The notes under the pieces: model-generated
Seen by the model: only the letters and a program-made list of their open reading frames with translations
What the model was told of the DNA's origin: nothing
Databases searched by the model: none
Made by a program: the position numbers and the translations under genes
IMG/VR virus record: IMGVR_UViG_3300008339_000021
Location: 1-64,000 of that record
DNA from: a virus
Direction: 5' to 3' (one strand)
DNA length: 64,000 nucleotides
In this document: in pieces, positions 9,051 to 19,600 of the stretch
Position numbering within the stretch: the first letter of the stretch is position 1
How the letters are laid out: the number at the start of each line of letters is the position of its first letter

Positions 9051-12000
9051 TTATTTTAATTTACCTGCACTTTCAAATCCTTCTAATGCCTTATCTACTT
9101 GACCTGTGTTACCATTAATACCAACACTCTTAAGTAAGTGACCTATAACTTTTGGTGACCCCTCTTGTTGCCAGAAGTATTCACCCTCTTTTCTACTATA
9201 GTATGCTTTATCATTAAATGTAATTAGTTGGAATACATCTTCAAATATTTTAGCATATAAACTAATGGTATTTCCAAATGCAGATGTAGTTGTAGTAACC
9301 ATTTTAATATAATCATCTGCTCCAAGGTTTACACCAGCAATTGTTGGTAGTGGAACAAATGCTGAAGTTTCAGCTTGTACACCTAATAATAATAAAAGCA
9401 TATGATTTTGAATAAATCCCCATGTTTTAAAGTCATCAGTAAATAAAGCTCCTGATCTTGCTCTAAGTTTATCAAATCTTTTCTTATCATCTGGATCATA
9501 ACCCCAAAGCATTGATGCAAGAAGAGCGGCAGTTATTATAAATAATCCTTCAGAAAGAGTTCTCATCAAATCTCTTTTTTGATCAAGTGGCATATAAGCC
9601 CAATACTTACCTTTACTTTTAATAAGTTCTTTCATTCCAAGATATGCATTTACATAAAAGCCCATAGTAGTTTTACCGGTCATCCAATCATATCTTTTTT
9701 TCATTTTTGGTTTCCAGAACTTACCATCTTCTATTTCTACTGCAGCTCCCCATCTGTTTGTAAGCATTGGTATAAACCACTTTCTCATGAATGTAAACAT
9801 TCTATATGGTAAATACATATTACCTTCAGCTTGAGCAAACTTATCATATGAACCATACAATCTGTGAGATACACCCTGAAATTTATTTCTAAACTGTTTA
9901 AATTTCTCAGATTTAGCAATTATAATTTCTTTACCTTCTTCAAATTCTATAGCACTAACAACTTTATTTCTTTGCTGAAGTTCTTCAACAGTAACACCAT
10001 ACATTTGAGCAATTTCTTCAAGTGTTTGACCTTTAACATACTCATGATATACTGTTCTATTATACCATGCTGGATCAACACCTGGTTTTAATTCAGCTAT
10101 ACCAGTATCTTTATTAAGTTGCCATGCATCTTTATAGTTAATAGTGATAGTCTTACCATTAGAAAGTCTTTGCTCTACTTTTTCAGCATTTAAAAATGCA
10201 CCAAAAAGTTGTAAAGCTGCTTCCATTTCAGCATTTTTTCTAATGTTGTACATCCACTCTCCATTCATAAGATCCTTTGACATGTTTCTAGAGACAGATC
10301 TTCCAAAGTCATCTTCAAATTTAAAGGCTGCATCAAACATTTCAATTATCTGAGATGATAATGCAGGAACACCTTTTGTATATACACTCTTAGCTACCCA
10401 CTCTAACATAGCTGGAGTAGCCCATAGTTTACCTTTTCCTAAATCTTTTACAGTAATAAATCCACCACCAGCTGATTCAATAATATTTTGTACTATCTGA
10501 CCATATCTGTTTTTTAAATCTGAAGGTAAGTTTACTGCTAGTGAAGCTCTTGATGATAGCTTTTGTAGTTTGCCAATAAATTTATCTAAGTAGACAGAGC
10601 TTCCCTCACCGCTATATTGTTTACCATAGTATTCTCTTTCAATAAGAGATCTTACTTGGCCGGCTCTATTATTAGTAGCACCCGGTTTTACAGTATGAGT
10701 AAGTTTACCTTTTATCCTATTTATAGTTTTACTATAAGTGTTAGGAGTCTTTGGTGCATTAGCTGGATCCTCTAATGTATCTAGTATAGAATTAACAAGA
10801 GGAAGAGTTTGTAATAATTGTGACTGTTGTTCAAGAGATAGTAAATACTTAAACATTCCTCTAACAACATCTGGATCAGTATTATCTATATCTAGATTAT
10901 ATAATCCAGTTACCGGAATATATGAAACTTCTTCAGAATTTAAATCAGTATTTACAAGTCTATACTCTTGAAGATTATTATCTCTTTCATAGTTGTGTTC
11001 TAATTCAACTTCATCTACAGACTTACCCCAAGCATCTCTTATTGACTGACCAATACCTTTTTTAATCTGAGAATATCTTTCACCTAATTTACCAGCTTGT
11101 AATCTAGATAGGTTATCTCTTAATACATAGCGTGGCATATCTAGATATAACTTAGACTTATTAGACTTATCTTCTTGAAATGAAAGATGAGCTTCTTTCA
11201 TTACCTCAAGGAGTTGGAATCTTACACTATTTGGTTGATCCTTAAGCCTCATGTAATCCTTGTTAATGTATCTATCATCTTTAGCAGAATTAGGATCATT
11301 TACATTAGTAAATAATCTTGGAAGATATTGACCTTTATTGTCAATGTGTACACCAACTTGTAATTCTACTTCACCTGTCTGAGGATTGTAACCTGTTCTA
11401 TATTTATCTTTTATTCTATAAATAGAGTGTCTAGCATTAGGTAAACCATTAAAGGTTTCTTCTTCTCCTGTTAGCTCATTAAGCAATACAGTTTTTTCAT
11501 AGTACTCTGGATTCTTTGGAACAGACAAAGAATTGGCCATAGTTCTTTCATACTTGACTTCAATTTTTCTAGTCTTTCTATTTTTAACCTTTCTAGAAAC
11601 GTGATTAACTCTAAACCAATCTACTAGTTTCCCATCTTTTTCTAATAGGGCTTTCATTTCATCACTGTTGATGAAATTAGTTGCATCTTCAACATTAATT
11701 GGTGCAACATTTAATCTCTGCAAATGCTCATTTAATGCATCAACATAATATTCAGTAGGTATCTTTTGAGTTAATGAAGATAAGTCAGCATAAATACTTT
11801 GCATAAGAGCCACTTCACCTACAGATAAACCAGTCTTAGCTTGTTTTTCCAACAATGTTCTATATCTTAACTTTTGTTCTGGTGTTAGTTTTGCTGGATC
11901 TTTTTTACTTATAGCAATATATAAATCAAGTTCTTCAGACTCATCTCTAGAAAGTCCAGTTTTAGTATCAAATTTAGCTTTGTAATCAATAATTTTTTGA

Positions 12001-15000
12001 TTAAGCTCTTTAATTGTTTTTAACTTATCTACACCTAACTCTTCTGGAATAGGTTGACCCTGCTCATCTTTATAAGCATACATTAAGTTATAGATTTCAC
12101 TATAGGCATTGCTGATATCAAAATCTTCTTCTATTACAGTATTAACTTTTGATTGTAAAGCTTTAAGTTTAGTAATCAAGTCTTTTCTAGAATTATAAAA
12201 GTCTTCAGTATAAGCAACTCTTAAATTTTGCTTTACCCATTCTTTTTTAGCTTCTTCTATTTCTTCAGGAGTAGCTCCTTCTTGATCCTTTAAACTTAAA
12301 AATTCATTAAATGCAGTTTGTAAAGAGCCAGCTCTTGGGATAAACTCATAATAGTCACCGGTACTTTCTCTATGTTCAAGAAGTATTCTAGTAATAGTTA
12401 AGTCATAAATACCATTGATTGGATCATCTACTTTATCACTACCATCAGCATACTTTAATGAATACAAATTTTTGTAATCTTGCCAAAGTGACTGAAGTGT
12501 AGAATATTTTTGAAATCTTTCTAGCTCATCTGTTAACTCATTTGATTCATTGTTATATGCATCAAGAGCCATTTTTCTTGCAAGCCATGCCATCTTTCCT
12601 ATATCACCATACTTATCAAACACACTATCTTTTTGATAGACTTCTTGAATGTACTCATCATGCATATAGTCTCTTTTAAAAGCTCTATATTCATCAACAG
12701 CAGTTCTAATTTTTTCTTGATCTTCAGATGACCATGCCTCATCAATTTTATATTCAAGTAAATCCTGAACATATCTCCAACCATTTCCAAACTCATTCAA
12801 AAAAGTTAATATTTCTTTTTCAACTGGCTTTTTTGTTTTAGGATCTACATAAAGTATTTTATCCTTAAACATTAATAAGTCTACTAATTGCCTTGTTTTT
12901 AAAGTACTATAACCTATTTTTTCTAAAAGTGGTTGAAGCTTTTTTCTAAATTGATATGACTTTTCCAGGGCCCTGTTATTAGCTTCAGTTATCTGATCAT
13001 TAATAAAAATAGCTAATCCACCTACTATAGGGTCATTACTAGAAGTATAGCTCTCAAAGAATCTGTTAAACCAACTTACATCTTTTAATTTACCTGACAG
13101 ACCATCAGTAATTGTATCTTGATTTAGCAAAAACTCTTTATAGTCATCAATAAATTTCTTAATGTATTTAGATTCAATTCCTTTCTTTTCATACTTTGCA
13201 TACAACTCATCTAAATCTTGATCTGTAAATGATTGTTTGATAACACCATTGTATAATTCTTCAATCTCCGAAACAGATAGTTTATTAGTTAATGCATTTT
13301 TTAAATTATTTCCAAGTTCTTGCATTAGGAAATCATTCATATACCCAGTGACTTCTACATAAAAGTTGACACTGTTTTCTTGATAGATATCTCTAATTTT
13401 TTTGTCTGCTCTGAGTAAATTATTCTTTGTCTCATTAATGAGATCTGTTAGTTCATTTGGTTGAGTAACATCAAAATCATCTTGCTCAATTAAGAATTCA
13501 TCAAATGTGTTAAACATATCATTCCATGATCTAATTGAGCTTCTATATAAAAAGAGAAGAGCTACAGCATCCCTAGAGTTAAACTCTTTTGTTTTCTGCA
13601 TTCTATTTAGATCACTAAATATATTCTGAGAAATATTATTGACTACAGCAACACTATTAATAAAACTTCTAGCTCTGTTAGTAAGATCTTGAGTTCTTGC
13701 TCTTTCAGCTTCAACTGTATTTTTGATTATCTCATCAACAGATAGGTCTTCATAGTTAGTTATTGTTTGAAAGCCAGCTAAACTTCTTTTTATTCTTGGC
13801 AATAGTTCTTTAGTACCTTTTACAAATAATGCTTCTTTAAGCATTTTCTGATACAAAGGTGATCTAGTTTTAAAGTTTATTGCCTTTTCATAAATTAATT
13901 GATTAGTAGCAAACAAGTCATTTATAGATTCTTGAATTTTATCAGCCTTAACATCTTTTACAAGTCTGTTAGCCATGTCTTTAATTTCCCTAGCAAAAGC
14001 TACTATGTCTTCATTTTTTATGGCTTCAACATTATACTCAAAAGTATCTGTCAATAACATTTCTGCTAACTTATCTATCTTTGTATTTACATTAATGTCA
14101 GCTACCTTTACTTTAGAGCCAAAAATCTTTTTAAGTAAGTCTTTTAATACACTTAATAATTTACCTATAAATGACTCAAATCCTTCTGATTCAATTTGAT
14201 TAGTTACCTGATTAGCTGCTTTTCTTTGTAAAGCATATGCTAAAGTTTCCTCCATAAAGAGGGGATTAAGTTGCCTTTCCCCATTTGCATCTATAGTATA
14301 CTCAGGTAATTCTGGATAGTTTTTTATAACATGATCTCTTATTATCTGACCTTCAGTAGTTGCCATCAAACTATTATAGAGATTGGTAAATAGAGTTTTG
14401 TTTTCTCTATAGATTGCTCTCAATAGTGGGTGGGATAATTCATGGAGTACTGTATCAAAATTTACATTGTCTCCTACTATGTATACAGCTCCTCCAAAAA
14501 AGAATGCTGGTTCTCCATTATATTTTTTCTTTCTTGATTCAAGAATTTGTCTAGCTTCTTGCTCAGTTACATACATATACTGAACACCTAATGATTCAGC
14601 AATTTTTTGTCCTAATGCATCTGCAGCTTCTTTTGCTCTCTCATTATTTATTTTTCCTTCATCAACTGTTAAATCACTTTTGTCAGGCATATTTGTAAAA
14701 TGATCATCTGCAAAAGTAAAATATCTAAAACCTCTATTAGTAAATTTATATTTGTCTTCAAAGAAAGGTTGGAAGTATATAAGATCTGTTAAGTCTTTAC
14801 CTCTACCCATGTTTATTTTTGCTTCAAAGATTTGTTTCCAGTCTTTATAGTACTGATCAAATATTTCTGGATAATTTCCTTCTTGGGTTCTTAAAAAGAA
14901 ATCAAGTACATATCTCTTAGGTCTAGTAACCATATTGGGAACAATTTTTCCCCCATAACTTGCTAATCCATCTTGTACAGTTTCTGTTTCAGTAGGATGT

Positions 15001-16673
15001 TCAACATAACCCGTAATTGTAATTGACTCTCCCTTCTTATGATCTTTACCAATAAAGGCAGTATCAAAATTCCAACTAGGAAATTGTTCTTTTAAATTTT
15101 TATACCAAGATTGTGCTTCAAGATATGGTAAAACTTCTTTTTTAAAAGTTTCAGAATTTTTTCTGCTCCTAGCTTTACTTAATGGTAAGCCTCTTTCTTC
15201 AATCCATTTAAGGAACTGAGCTGCATTTTTCTCACTGTTAAATTGCTCAAGACTAATAACACCATCAATATCATGCAGATCTTCAGATATAGCTCTTACA
15301 ACTCTACCATACTTTCTTAATACTAATGAGCCACTAAGAAAGTATTCAAATGGAGAATTAAATAATTTTTCTACAATCCCTTTAGCAAATGGGTCTCTAT
15401 TTAAACTTTGATTATAATACTTTTGCTCAAACTCTTCTCCCTTGCTTGAAAAGAACTTACCATTTGAATCCTCATAGTAACTTCTAATAAACTTCTCATA
15501 GTTCTTTTTATAAACATCATCAACAATATCTAAGACAGTGTCTCTTAGTTCAGCTTCCTTGTATATAGTTATAGCTTTATTGTCCTTAATATTTGCTTGC
15601 CACCAGTTCCATAGTTTATTGAACATTCTAATAATCCAATTTTCAGCATATTTATCTTTGTAGCCTAAACTTTCAAAGTATTCTTTGCTTATATCAGGAT
15701 TTTTTCTTTTACTACCATCATATCCATTTTCAACACCAACAACTAACATACCGGCAATAAACTCAATAATTACTTGCCTGTGTGCATATGGGTTAAATCT
15801 AGCTGGGTCATATTTGTAGATTTCTCTAACTGTTTCTGCAGCCATATCTCTCTCACCATATGGTGTAACTTCTTCCGCAGTTTGTTCATCTTCTACTTCA
15901 AGCCTTCTTGTATTGTATTTATTGTACAATTCATCATATCTGCTCCAGCTATTTATACCTTTCCAAAGCTCTAAACCAAGTTTAGATTTTTTACCAAGAA
16001 ATTGAAATATAACATTTGCAGACTGCATAGCTAATGTCTTGTCTGATACATTTCTTTTAAGTGCCATATACTTTTGAAGTATATCAAATGCAGCTAAAGG
16101 ATCCTCTTTTGTTCTTCTTACACCATTCTCATCAATCCAAGTTCTTCTATCTGAACTTATTATTTCATCAAGATCCTGATCAATTTTAATGTTTAATCCT
16201 TCCATGAAAGAAATAAGACTAGTTCTTAGTCTATTACTAAACTCCCTATTTAAAGATGAATTATTAAAGTTATCCCTCATAAACATAGGGTTTAAACTTT
16301 CATCATCCTCAAAGTTTGATACAGGTTCTTTTAGAATATCAAAGTCTTTAGTCTCTTCTTTTATTTCTTGTTGGATTCTAACATCATCAAGTATTTGGAA
16401 TAACTCATCATTTGGTTGAGCATAAAGTGTAACATTTATGTCATCCCTATAGAATCTAGATGAATATGGATATCTTGTTTGAACCTCATATGGTTCATTG
16501 AAGAAAGAATCATTTTCTTCAAGTTTTAGATTTGGATACTTGAGCTGTATAAATCTGGTAAATTCTTCATTAAATTTATTAAATTCAATTGGATCCAATA
16601 TATCATTGAATTCACCAAGTATACCTCTCTTTTTTAAATCTTCTAAAACTGTTGACCTAGATTCACAAAACAT
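9051..16673 (-). CDS. Giant virion cargo/ejection protein (~2540 aa) with nucleotidyltransferase, HExxH metallopeptidase and LysM modules
   Basis: The likely start is MFCESR at 16673, overlapping the RNAP stop as TAATG. Motifs: LSGSLVL...DLHDID...K-x4-RGKDLTD, VLHELSHP, and LysM-like YVKGQTLEEIAQMYGVTVEELQQRN. There are hydrophobic helices near the C-terminus. Its position next to the virion RNAP matches crAss-like phages. Confidence 0.8.
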   Translation of the reverse strand: MFCESRSTVLEDLKKRGILGEFNDILDPIEFNKFNEEFTRFIQLKYPNLKLEENDSFFNEPYEVQTRYPYSSRFYRDDINVTLYAQPNDELFQILDDVRIQQEIKEETKDFDILKEPVSNFEDDESLNPMFMRDNFNNSSLNREFSNRLRTSLISFMEGLNIKIDQDLDEIISSDRRTWIDENGVRRTKEDPLAAFDILQKYMALKRNVSDKTLAMQSANVIFQFLGKKSKLGLELWKGINSWSRYDELYNKYNTRRLEVEDEQTAEEVTPYGERDMAAETVREIYKYDPARFNPYAHRQVIIEFIAGMLVVGVENGYDGSKRKNPDISKEYFESLGYKDKYAENWIIRMFNKLWNWWQANIKDNKAITIYKEAELRDTVLDIVDDVYKKNYEKFIRSYYEDSNGKFFSSKGEEFEQKYYNQSLNRDPFAKGIVEKLFNSPFEYFLSGSLVLRKYGRVVRAISEDLHDIDGVISLEQFNSEKNAAQFLKWIEERGLPLSKARSRKNSETFKKEVLPYLEAQSWYKNLKEQFPSWNFDTAFIGKDHKKGESITITGYVEHPTETETVQDGLASYGGKIVPNMVTRPKRYVLDFFLRTQEGNYPEIFDQYYKDWKQIFEAKINMGRGKDLTDLIYFQPFFEDKYKFTNRGFRYFTFADDHFTNMPDKSDLTVDEGKINNERAKEAADALGQKIAESLGVQYMYVTEQEARQILESRKKKYNGEPAFFFGGAVYIVGDNVNFDTVLHELSHPLLRAIYRENKTLFTNLYNSLMATTEGQIIRDHVIKNYPELPEYTIDANGERQLNPLFMEETLAYALQRKAANQVTNQIESEGFESFIGKLLSVLKDLLKKIFGSKVKVADINVNTKIDKLAEMLLTDTFEYNVEAIKNEDIVAFAREIKDMANRLVKDVKADKIQESINDLFATNQLIYEKAINFKTRSPLYQKMLKEALFVKGTKELLPRIKRSLAGFQTITNYEDLSVDEIIKNTVEAERARTQDLTNRARSFINSVAVVNNISQNIFSDLNRMQKTKEFNSRDAVALLFLYRSSIRSWNDMFNTFDEFLIEQDDFDVTQPNELTDLINETKNNLLRADKKIRDIYQENSVNFYVEVTGYMNDFLMQELGNNLKNALTNKLSVSEIEELYNGVIKQSFTDQDLDELYAKYEKKGIESKYIKKFIDDYKEFLLNQDTITDGLSGKLKDVSWFNRFFESYTSSNDPIVGGLAIFINDQITEANNRALEKSYQFRKKLQPLLEKIGYSTLKTRQLVDLLMFKDKILYVDPKTKKPVEKEILTFLNEFGNGWRYVQDLLEYKIDEAWSSEDQEKIRTAVDEYRAFKRDYMHDEYIQEVYQKDSVFDKYGDIGKMAWLARKMALDAYNNESNELTDELERFQKYSTLQSLWQDYKNLYSLKYADGSDKVDDPINGIYDLTITRILLEHRESTGDYYEFIPRAGSLQTAFNEFLSLKDQEGATPEEIEEAKKEWVKQNLRVAYTEDFYNSRKDLITKLKALQSKVNTVIEEDFDISNAYSEIYNLMYAYKDEQGQPIPEELGVDKLKTIKELNQKIIDYKAKFDTKTGLSRDESEELDLYIAISKKDPAKLTPEQKLRYRTLLEKQAKTGLSVGEVALMQSIYADLSSLTQKIPTEYYVDALNEHLQRLNVAPINVEDATNFINSDEMKALLEKDGKLVDWFRVNHVSRKVKNRKTRKIEVKYERTMANSLSVPKNPEYYEKTVLLNELTGEEETFNGLPNARHSIYRIKDKYRTGYNPQTGEVELQVGVHIDNKGQYLPRLFTNVNDPNSAKDDRYINKDYMRLKDQPNSVRFQLLEVMKEAHLSFQEDKSNKSKLYLDMPRYVLRDNLSRLQAGKLGERYSQIKKGIGQSIRDAWGKSVDEVELEHNYERDNNLQEYRLVNTDLNSEEVSYIPVTGLYNLDIDNTDPDVVRGMFKYLLSLEQQSQLLQTLPLVNSILDTLEDPANAPKTPNTYSKTINRIKGKLTHTVKPGATNNRAGQVRSLIEREYYGKQYSGEGSSVYLDKFIGKLQKLSSRASLAVNLPSDLKNRYGQIVQNIIESAGGGFITVKDLGKGKLWATPAMLEWVAKSVYTKGVPALSSQIIEMFDAAFKFEDDFGRSVSRNMSKDLMNGEWMYNIRKNAEMEAALQLFGAFLNAEKVEQRLSNGKTITINYKDAWQLNKDTGIAELKPGVDPAWYNRTVYHEYVKGQTLEEIAQMYGVTVEELQQRNKVVSAIEFEEGKEIIIAKSEKFKQFRNKFQGVSHRLYGSYDKFAQAEGNMYLPYRMFTFMRKWFIPMLTNRWGAAVEIEDGKFWKPKMKKRYDWMTGKTTMGFYVNAYLGMKELIKSKGKYWAYMPLDQKRDLMRTLSEGLFIITAALLASMLWGYDPDDKKRFDKLRARSGALFTDDFKTWGFIQNHMLLLLLGVQAETSAFVPLPTIAGVNLGADDYIKMVTTTTSAFGNTISLYAKIFEDVFQLITFNDKAYYSRKEGEYFWQQEGSPKVIGHLLKSVGINGNTGQVDKALEGFESAGKLK

Positions 16674-19600
16674 TACATACAATTTAATGGGTTATTCTCT
16701 CCTTCAAATTTAGCTAATATTTCTGCATCTGTTACAGGTTGATATTTGGCTACCTCTGAACTTACTTCTTTTGCAAACTCCGATCCTGGGTTAAGATATT
16801 GGAATTCTTCAAAAAGTCTTCTACTTAAATATACAAATAATTCTTTTGGCATCAAAGCAGGATCTCCATATCCATTAATAGAAAATGCAACTTTACCTCC
16901 TTTTTCTATTACTTGATTGATTTCTGCAATAGCAAGTTCTATATCAGCTATCCTATTATCATAGTACTTTTTATCTAGAGTAGAGAAAGCATCGGATACC
17001 TTATCTAAACCAGTTACTATACCTACAGAAGAACTATTAGCTATTTTTTTAAGTAGCACTTGCCCTTTAAGCTTTCTTTTATTAAACTCTTCAGGTGTCA
17101 TTTTTTCATATGCTTCTTTTTGTGCTAAGCTTAATTGATAGATAAATGTAATGTCTTGATTATTATCAACTATATACTGGTATGCTTTTTCACTTCCAGA
17201 AAGATCATTGTATACAAATACATTAGCACTAATAGTTGGTATAAGATTTTTTCTTTCTACCAGCCTTTCTGCATTTTCTATGTCTTCAGCTGTTATTGTT
17301 TCTGAATCTGGAATTTTTGAAAGTACATACTGTGTATCTATAGATTTCTGAACATCTAGTCCTGTCAAATAATTTTTAAATCTATACTTGTCTCTATTTG
17401 TTTTACTGTTAACTTGTTCAAACTTATTTTTAAAATCAACAAGCATTTTAAGTTTTACAGGAGATTCTAAGAACTTAGCAGTCTCATCATTCATTACATC
17501 AATAAACTTATCAAAGTCAGTTAAGCTTAGGAAGTTGTATTTACTTTTATTAGTACCTGATTGCAGCATTGCAATGTATGTAATCTTTGCAAAGAAGTCA
17601 CTAATTCTATCATTCTCATCTTTATCTTCAACCTTTTTTACAGCCCTATTTGAAAGCTCTTCAAAATTTCTTGAATATAAATTAGACTTAAATGATGTCA
17701 TGTCTTTATCATCTATATAAAGATTAAACATTGTCTTAGATTGATTAGTATCTATTACTATTCTAGATAGTACAGGATAATTATCAAAAAGCTCAGTTCT
17801 GTATTGAGTCTTAAGCCTTTCTAATCTAACAGCATATGCATTTTCTTTATCATTAAATAAATGATATGGATTCAATGTGTTATCTAAAGCTCTACTTGCT
17901 ATAATTTTTTCATAAGTGTATCTTCTATTTTCTGTTTCCACACCTCTTACACTAGTCTTTTTTACATTTTCAAGTTCTTTTTTAAACTCTTGTGTTTTTA
18001 CAACTTCATCAAAAGGCATAACATGTCTTAGATACTCTCTTTCTACAACAAATCTGATATATTCTTCTTTGTTAGAAGCTACATTACTTCCAAAATGACC
18101 TGGCTCAAGAGCATATAATCCTCTATCCTCATAACTATTTTTAGCTTCACTTCCTCTTAGATAAGACTTGTCAAAGAATTCTTTTTCAATTTGAACTCTA
18201 TCAACCACCATAGTTGGCCCACCAGCTGTATCTACAACCCGTGCACCAAACTTAAGTCCTGCAGCAGGTGTAATTTTAATATTGTCACTTAGGGCATAAG
18301 AGCTATATTCTTTTCCAAGACTATATTTTCTTAGTGTATTTTGGAACAAATAACTTAAAATATCATTTCTAAATACAACTGGGAATATATCACGATAGTT
18401 ATATCCAAATGCAGCTTTTAAAATTTCTGCATTTTTAAAATCAGAAACATAAGATTGTATATAATCTTGTATGTCTTCATCATATCTAAACTTGAATAAT
18501 GGTTTTGCTAAACCTTTAACAAGTTTTGAATTAAAGAAAGAACTAATAATTGAATCATTAATCATTCCTAACCTTAGATCTTGATCTATTTTAGTATTTA
18601 GTGCTAAAGCCTCAATATTAGATTCAGCTTGAATAGCTTGTCCTACATCAGTGTTAAGAGCTGTATCAGGATTAGAAGCCATCTTTAATGCTGTGATTCC
18701 TTCAATTTGTTTTTCTATAGTAAGATAATGCAAGAACATTGTTCTTGATAAGTCACTACTAGCTTTTTCAGGATTATTTTTACTTTCTGTGATTAGATTA
18801 AGCATTTCTTCTTTAGTGAAATGTTTGTTATCTTCACTTCTGTTTTTAAAATATTCATCCATCATATTCTTACCAACAGTATATCTTACTTGGTCATCTG
18901 CAAGAAAGTTCTTAAAGTTTTTAGATATAACATTGCTGGCTGCTTTGAAAGATACTCCTAAATATCCTGGGTCTCTTCTTAATGGTTCTGCAAATGTACT
19001 TTGTGCAAGTCTCTTTTCTTTTACATAGTCCCTAACAAGTGGTTGTGATACAAAGTAAACTGCTTCTTCTACTGGTACTCCTGTCTTAAGTAAGTAAAGT
19101 AGTATAGGTGCAACTTCATAGTTACCCTGCACAAAGAATATCCAAGCATCTTTTTCAACATCCACCCAACCGTTTATTAATTGGGATATAACATCAGCTA
19201 TTTTATTTACACCATCAACATCATACTGATTAGACAATGATATAACATCTTGTCCATTCTTTTTTGTTGTGTGATGTCTTAAACCTAAGAATGATATTCT
19301 ATTCATTTCTTCATCACTGTGTTTATACACAGGAGGCATTGTTGCTCCTAATGAATTAAATATAACATTGAATGTATTTTCAATAGCACCAAGTCCTAAT
19401 GTCTTCTTACCAACAACATTTGATTCATGTTTGTATAAGTTATAACCTACTTCAAAGATTCTTGTTGGACTAATAACTTCTTTTTGCTTACCACTTTTAT
19501 CTGGAGCTGAAAGATTTGGTACAAGGTTTCCATCTTTATCTTTAGTCATCATATTTTGTAATGGACTATAATCCATTACTGATTGTGCTAATCTATCTGC

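Noticed and set aside
16674-16682. Track start MYV for the 2543-aa gene
   Set aside because: The ATG at 16673 overlaps the RNAP stop (TAATG), the same coupling seen at 52530, 54158 and 60728, so it is the more plausible start.
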